From an uncultured Lachnospiraceae bacterium (GTDB lineage: Bacteria; Bacillota; Clostridia; Lachnospirales; Lachnospiraceae), in assembly GCA_964468385.1 (NCBI GenBank), contig CAYXUB010000001.1, positions 1 to 41,405 of the forward strand: 41,405 nt of DNA, written 5' to 3'. The notes beneath the pieces were generated by a model, which ran no database searches, had not been told where the DNA came from, and saw only the letters and a list, made by a program, of their open reading frames with translations. This document shows, in pieces, positions 37,063 to 41,405 of the stretch (positions are counted from its first letter, which is position 1; the number at the start of each line of letters is the position of its first letter). The position numbers and the translations under genes were made by a program.

Positions 37063-38787
37063 TTATACGAGATCTTCGAGCGCTTTTTTCATAATCTTAT
37101 CTTTTTCTTGGGCAGCCGCCTCGCTGTTTCCGCGTATGCCGTAATAAAGTTTAAGCTTAGGCTCGGTTCCGGAAGGTCTTGCGCATACCCAACCTTCGTC
37201 TTCAAGGTCGAAGTAAAGTACGTTAGATTCGGGAAGCCCCGTGGCGGATTCTTTTCCCGTACTAAGGTCAGTTATAATACCCTTCTTGTAATCCCTGATA
37301 GCCTTGACTTTGAGCCCGCCTATGGATGCGGGAGGAGTGGCTCTTAGGGAATCCATTGTGTCGCTTATCTTTTGAAGTCCTTCTATGCCGGAGAGCGTTA
37401 TGGAGCGAAGGTCCTCTTTGTAATATCCGTATTTTTCGTACAGTGAAAGCATAGCTTCCCAAAGCGTCATGTCAAAACACTTATAGTATGCGGCAGCCTC
37501 GCATAAAGCCATGGAAGCAACGACGGCATCCTTGTCTCTGGCATAGGTACCGATAAGGCAGCCGTAACTTTCTTCGAAGCCGAAAAGATAAGTCCCGCTG
37601 TTGTTCTGCTCAAATGACAGTATCTGCTGTCCGATATATTTAAAACCCGTGAGTACCTCTATATATCTTACACCGTATGCGGCGGCTATTGCCTTTGCGA
37701 GTTTTGTCGAAACGATCGTCGTGATAAGAGTGCCGTCCTGAGGAAGGCCTTTTACGGCTTCTCGCTGGCTTATTTCATATTCACCGATAAGGCAGCCGGA
37801 CATGTTTCCGTTTAAGCTGTGATATATACCTTTTTTGTCCTTAACCCAAACACCGAGCCTATCCGCATCGGGATCGGTTGCAAGAACAAGATCGGCATCG
37901 ACTTTTTTCGCAAGCTTTAAAGCAAGCTCAAAGGTCTCCTCCGATTCGGGGTTTGGATACGAAACGGTTGGGAAATCTCCGTCGGGAAGTTCCTGCTCGG
38001 GAACCACATATACGTTCAAAAAACCGAGTTCCTTTAAAATGCGGCGAACAGGAATATTTCCGGTGCCGTGTAGGGGAGTGTATACTATTTTAAGAGAAGA
38101 TGCTTGCTGCTTTATCGATTCCGGGTGGAGAACCTGCTTTTTTACTTCATCGATATATGCGTCATCGACTTCTTTATTTATTGTGATATAAAGCTTCTTT
38201 TCGATGGCTGTGCTTTTGTCCATTGTTTTAACCGAGGTAAGCTCCGTTACAGCCTGTACTTCTTTGCTTATACCTGTATCGTGAGGGGGAGTTATCTGAG
38301 CGCCGTCTTCCCAGTAGACTTTATAACCGTTGTATTCGCTCGGATTGTGGCTTGCCGTTATATTTATGCCTGCGATACAGCAATAATATCTTACTGCAAA
38401 TGAAAGTTCGGGCGTTGGCCGCAGAGAATCAAACACATAAGCTTTTATGCCGTTTGCGTTCAAGCATAGAGCGGCTTCATCTGCGAATTCGGGCGACATG
38501 TGTCTTGAGTCATATGCTATAGCGACGCCTCTGTTTTCTGCTTTTTGCTTAATTATGTAGTTAGCAAGACCCTGTGTCGCTTTTCTAACGGTATAGATAT
38601 TCATCCGGTTTGTTCCGGCGCCTATTATGCCACGAAGTCCGGCTGTGCCGAATTCTAACTCCTTGTAAAAGCGATCCTCTATCTCTTTTTCGTCGTCCTT
38701 TATGGCGATCAGCTCGTTTTTTGTCGCCTCATCGAAGTACGGGTCGCTTATCCATTTTTTAAATTGTTCCGTTGCGTTCACTCTCAT
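37063..38787 (-). CDS. Phosphoglucomutase/phosphomannomutase (alpha-D-phosphohexomutase)
   Basis: 574 aa. Active-site TASHNP, DPDADR metal loop and GEESYG sugar-binding loop. Confidence 0.93.
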   Translation of the reverse strand: MRVNATEQFKKWISDPYFDEATKNELIAIKDDEKEIEDRFYKELEFGTAGLRGIIGAGTNRMNIYTVRKATQGLANYIIKQKAENRGVAIAYDSRHMSPEFADEAALCLNANGIKAYVFDSLRPTPELSFAVRYYCCIAGINITASHNPSEYNGYKVYWEDGAQITPPHDTGISKEVQAVTELTSVKTMDKSTAIEKKLYITINKEVDDAYIDEVKKQVLHPESIKQQASSLKIVYTPLHGTGNIPVRRILKELGFLNVYVVPEQELPDGDFPTVSYPNPESEETFELALKLAKKVDADLVLATDPDADRLGVWVKDKKGIYHSLNGNMSGCLIGEYEISQREAVKGLPQDGTLITTIVSTKLAKAIAAAYGVRYIEVLTGFKYIGQQILSFEQNNSGTYLFGFEESYGCLIGTYARDKDAVVASMALCEAAAYYKCFDMTLWEAMLSLYEKYGYYKEDLRSITLSGIEGLQKISDTMDSLRATPPASIGGLKVKAIRDYKKGIITDLSTGKESATGLPESNVLYFDLEDEGWVCARPSGTEPKLKLYYGIRGNSEAAAQEKDKIMKKALEDLV

Positions 38788-40126
38788 AACATTTCTCCGT
38801 CAAAAGCTCTTTTATATATTGGTTTAAAAACTGCGGTTCATTATTAGCCGGGTCATCAAGTACTTTTTTTAAAGCTGCTTCAAGCAGCTCTCCGACCTTG
38901 GGACCTGGAGGGCAGCCAAGGGCTAAGACGTCCGCTCCGTTAATACATAGCTGCTTTATAGAAACGCATTGATTCTCTGAAACGATCGTACGGTATATTT
39001 TTTCTATTTCGGCTATTGTTTTGAGCATTTCGTCTTTGAAATAGTCGCTTTTTGCCTTACTGTCAGCAAGCTGTACTTGTATTAAATAAGGAAATAGGTC
39101 ATTGCCCACAACGTTTATGGCGTATCTGACATTCTTTGGAGAGGGATTATAACGCCAGTCGTGGAATCTTATAAGCGTTGTTACTTTCTTTATCGTGTCA
39201 TTGTCTAACTTCAGCCTCCGCATAAAACCTTTGGCAATCTGAGCGCTTATCTCGGCATGGCCTTTAAAATGATCGTTTCCATACTTATCGGTAGTCTTAG
39301 TGTCGGGTTTACCGATATCGTGGAGTAGCATGGTAAGGCGCAGGATACGTTCGGGTTCTATATACTGCATTGTCTTTAAGCTGTGTTCGCCGACAGAGTA
39401 TATATGGTATTTGCTGTGCTGTTCCGTCTCCATTATCCTGTCGAATTCCCTGAAAAAAACACGAGTTATCCCAAGAGTATATGCCTCTTTTAAATATTCG
39501 GGATGTGGGGAGATTATAAGTTTTATAAGTTCCGAACATATGCGTTCGGCGCTTATATGCTTCAAAAGATGGCTGAGCTTACTTATAGCACTGCGTGTCT
39601 TTTCGTCTATGCTAAAGGAAAGTTGAGCAGAGAAGCGAACAGCTCTCAATATACGCAGGGCATCTTCGGAAAATCTCTCAAAGGGATCATCGACACAGCG
39701 CACTATGCCTTCATTCAGGTCTTTTAAACCTCCAAATGGATCTATAAGTCCGTTTTTATCGTTATAAGCCATGGAGTTTATAGTAAAATCACGCCGACGA
39801 AGGTCCGTGTATATATCGGATACAAAATCGACAGACGAAGGATGGCGCATATCGACATACTCATTGTCTTTTCTGAAGGTAGTGACTTCATAGGCTTCTT
39901 TACCCATAAGGACCGTAACGGTGCCATGCTCGATCCCTGTATCGACCGTGCGTTTAAAAAGCGATTTTATTTCCTCAGGAAGGGCAGAGGTGGTTATATC
40001 CCAATCGTTTGGGAGACGCCTAAGAAGACTGTCTCTGACACAGCCGCCGACGGCATATGCCTCATAACCTTTTTTTTGAAGACTGTCTATTATAAATTTG
40101 ACATTTGTGGGAAGATATATTTTCAA
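38759..40126 (-). CDS. cca: CCA-adding tRNA nucleotidyltransferase with HD domain
   Basis: GGCVRD...DWD nucleotidyltransferase head and HDIGK HD motif. Start taken at TTG 40126 (LKIYLP) 6 nt after AAGGAGGG. The ORF track's ATG at 40165 has no RBS. The 3' end overlaps the phosphohexomutase start by 29 nt. Confidence 0.9.
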   Translation of the reverse strand: MKIYLPTNVKFIIDSLQKKGYEAYAVGGCVRDSLLRRLPNDWDITTSALPEEIKSLFKRTVDTGIEHGTVTVLMGKEAYEVTTFRKDNEYVDMRHPSSVDFVSDIYTDLRRRDFTINSMAYNDKNGLIDPFGGLKDLNEGIVRCVDDPFERFSEDALRILRAVRFSAQLSFSIDEKTRSAISKLSHLLKHISAERICSELIKLIISPHPEYLKEAYTLGITRVFFREFDRIMETEQHSKYHIYSVGEHSLKTMQYIEPERILRLTMLLHDIGKPDTKTTDKYGNDHFKGHAEISAQIAKGFMRRLKLDNDTIKKVTTLIRFHDWRYNPSPKNVRYAINVVGNDLFPYLIQVQLADSKAKSDYFKDEMLKTIAEIEKIYRTIVSENQCVSIKQLCINGADVLALGCPPGPKVGELLEAALKKVLDDPANNEPQFLNQYIKELLTEKCYESERNGTI

Positions 40127-40171
40127 GCTGATCCCTCCTTGATGAAGCAGGTTCAGTAAAAGCAATGAAAA

Positions 40172-41323
40172 CTAACAAACTGCCTCTTGATCACGCATTA
40201 TCTCGGAAAGAACCTTCATTATTTCGGAAACTTTTATATTCTGGGGACACACTTTTTCGCAGGCGCCGCAGCTATAGCAATGCGATGGCATTTTATCCTC
40301 CGGAATAGTTGACCATGGCCTTGTTATAAATTCGACAGAATGCGTTAGTTTATACTCGTTATAAAGGTCAATAAGAGTAGGGATGTCAAGATGATGCTCG
40401 CAGTATTCTGTGCAGTTCCTGCATGCCGTGCAATTTATCAATCTTTTGGATAGGGCATCGTTTACTATAGATAAAAGAATAGCGGCCTCTTTTCCGTTAA
40501 GTAAAGGGACTTCGTCTTCAAAAAGGGCAAGGTCTGATTTGAGCTGTTCGAGATCGGAAAAGCCCGAAATTATCGTTTTGACAGCTGCCGTAGACTGTAC
40601 AAACCTATAGGCCCATCCAACCGCTGTTTCGTTTGGACGAAAACATTTAAGGGTGTCTTCATAGGCTTTTTCAAGCTTCGTTAACTGTCCGTTCCTAAGC
40701 GGACCCGTAACCCATATAGGAAGGGAGTTATCTCTTAAAAATTCGAGGCGTTCTTTGGCGCCTAAAAGAGACCAATCGAGATAATTCAGCTGCATCTGTG
40801 CAAATTCTATATATTCGCGATATACTCTTAAAAAGCGTTCTATCGCCTTTATCTTCCCATTAGTATGCATTCCAAGGTGACGGATTCTGCCATTATTCTT
40901 TTGCCCGATCAAATATTCCATGACCTTGTTGCTTGGGGAGATATATGAATCAACGCTTGCTTCGTCTACATTTTGGACGAGATAAAAGTCAAAATATTCA
41001 ACACGGCATTCCTCCAACTGAGCTTCGAATATTTCTTCTGTTTCAGATATGCTTTTAGATTCATGGCCGGGAAATTTGTGTGCTATAAAAAAACTATCTC
41101 TGGGATGCTTTGAGAGGACACTGCCCAAAAACGATGCAGCCTTTCCCTCGTGGTAATCGGAGGCGGTGTCGTAATAATTTACGCCGTGTGCAAGAGCGTA
41201 GTTTATCAATTCCTCGGAACGCTCCTCATCAATATATGAATTATCATCATTTGTGATCGGCAATCTCTTTGTGTCAAAGCCGAGGTCGGAAATCATAAGC
41301 CCTTTGAATTCATTATAAATCAT
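40172..41323 (-). CDS. Aldo/keto reductase with C-terminal 4Fe-4S ferredoxin-type domain
   Basis: 383 aa. AKR N-domain (GVNYYDTA..Y) and two Cys clusters (CTACRNCTEYC and CYSCGACEKVCP). Confidence 0.88.
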   Translation of the reverse strand: MIYNEFKGLMISDLGFDTKRLPITNDDNSYIDEERSEELINYALAHGVNYYDTASDYHEGKAASFLGSVLSKHPRDSFFIAHKFPGHESKSISETEEIFEAQLEECRVEYFDFYLVQNVDEASVDSYISPSNKVMEYLIGQKNNGRIRHLGMHTNGKIKAIERFLRVYREYIEFAQMQLNYLDWSLLGAKERLEFLRDNSLPIWVTGPLRNGQLTKLEKAYEDTLKCFRPNETAVGWAYRFVQSTAAVKTIISGFSDLEQLKSDLALFEDEVPLLNGKEAAILLSIVNDALSKRLINCTACRNCTEYCEHHLDIPTLIDLYNEYKLTHSVEFITRPWSTIPEDKMPSHCYSCGACEKVCPQNIKVSEIMKVLSEIMRDQEAVC

Positions 41324-41364
41324 ATTACTTTAGCTCCGTATTTCATATGATAGTATTTTTGATA

Positions 41365-41394
41365 ATTATACATTTGCGCTTATTGTATAGGCAA
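41365..41394 (-). promoter_or_regulatory. Putative promoter for the aldo/keto reductase gene
   Basis: Minus strand: TTGCCT (rc of 41389-41394), 18-nt spacer, TATAAT (rc of 41365-41370). GGAG RBS before the ATG at 41323. Confidence 0.35.
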
Positions 41395-41405
41395 TAAGTT
41401 TTTTT
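41379..41405 (+). terminator. Terminator-shaped hairpin with T7 at the window edge, plus-strand orientation
   Basis: CTTATTG (41379-41385) pairs with CAATAAG (41392-41398). Loop is TATAGG, followed by TTTTTTT to the end of the window. Confidence 0.35.

Noticed and set aside
38759-38787. The 29-nt overlap between the cca 3' end and the phosphohexomutase start, as a possible frameshift or fusion.
   Set aside because: Both ORFs are full length with intact motifs. The downstream ATG has its own GGAG RBS inside the cca coding end. This is ordinary translational coupling.

Overview
This window looks like core chromosome from a low-to-moderate GC Firmicute. Protein similarities suggest Clostridia, possibly Lachnospiraceae, but that placement is inference only.

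Layout:
- Left block, minus strand (1-2438): ssrA (tmRNA), smpB, secG, pfkA.
- Central block, plus strand (2826-37038): about 34 kb of tightly packed, co-directional genes.
  - Four envelope proteins, one of them a trigger-factor-like lipoprotein, followed by an M24 peptidase.
  - ylxM-ffh-rpsP-khpA-rimM-trmD, in a remodelled form.
  - A lipid kinase and a type III glutamine synthetase.
  - A cell-wall polysaccharide locus: frameshifted wecE-like gene, three GT2 genes, a WbaP-type priming transferase and an LCP ligase.
  - An M16 peptidase, era, recO, cysK and a UPF0104 membrane protein.
  - queH-argH-asd-topB, then a hexapeptide-repeat protein and an arginase-fold protein.
- Right block, minus strand (37063-41323): phosphohexomutase, cca, and an Fe-S aldo/keto reductase.

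I found no transposase, integrase, reverse transcriptase, CRISPR array, restriction-modification gene or recognisable defence or toxin gene. I cannot honestly point to a clear new system.

The least ordinary part is the rimM-trmD region (10319-13022):
- A zinc-ribbon membrane gene is inserted between rimM and trmD.
- trmD carries an in-frame extension of about 150 aa that I cannot assign to any family.
- A cytoplasmic BspA-type LRR gene is translationally coupled to trmD where rplS normally sits.

Secondary observations:
- A trigger factor paralog that has a lipoprotein signal peptide.
- A 5' frameshift in the wecE-like aminotransferase gene.
- Back-to-back consensus promoters with a perfect 23-nt tandem repeat upstream of a lipoprotein gene.
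- A small arginase-fold protein paired with a hexapeptide-repeat protein.

All functional calls rest on my own recognition of motifs in the supplied translations. No database search was run.
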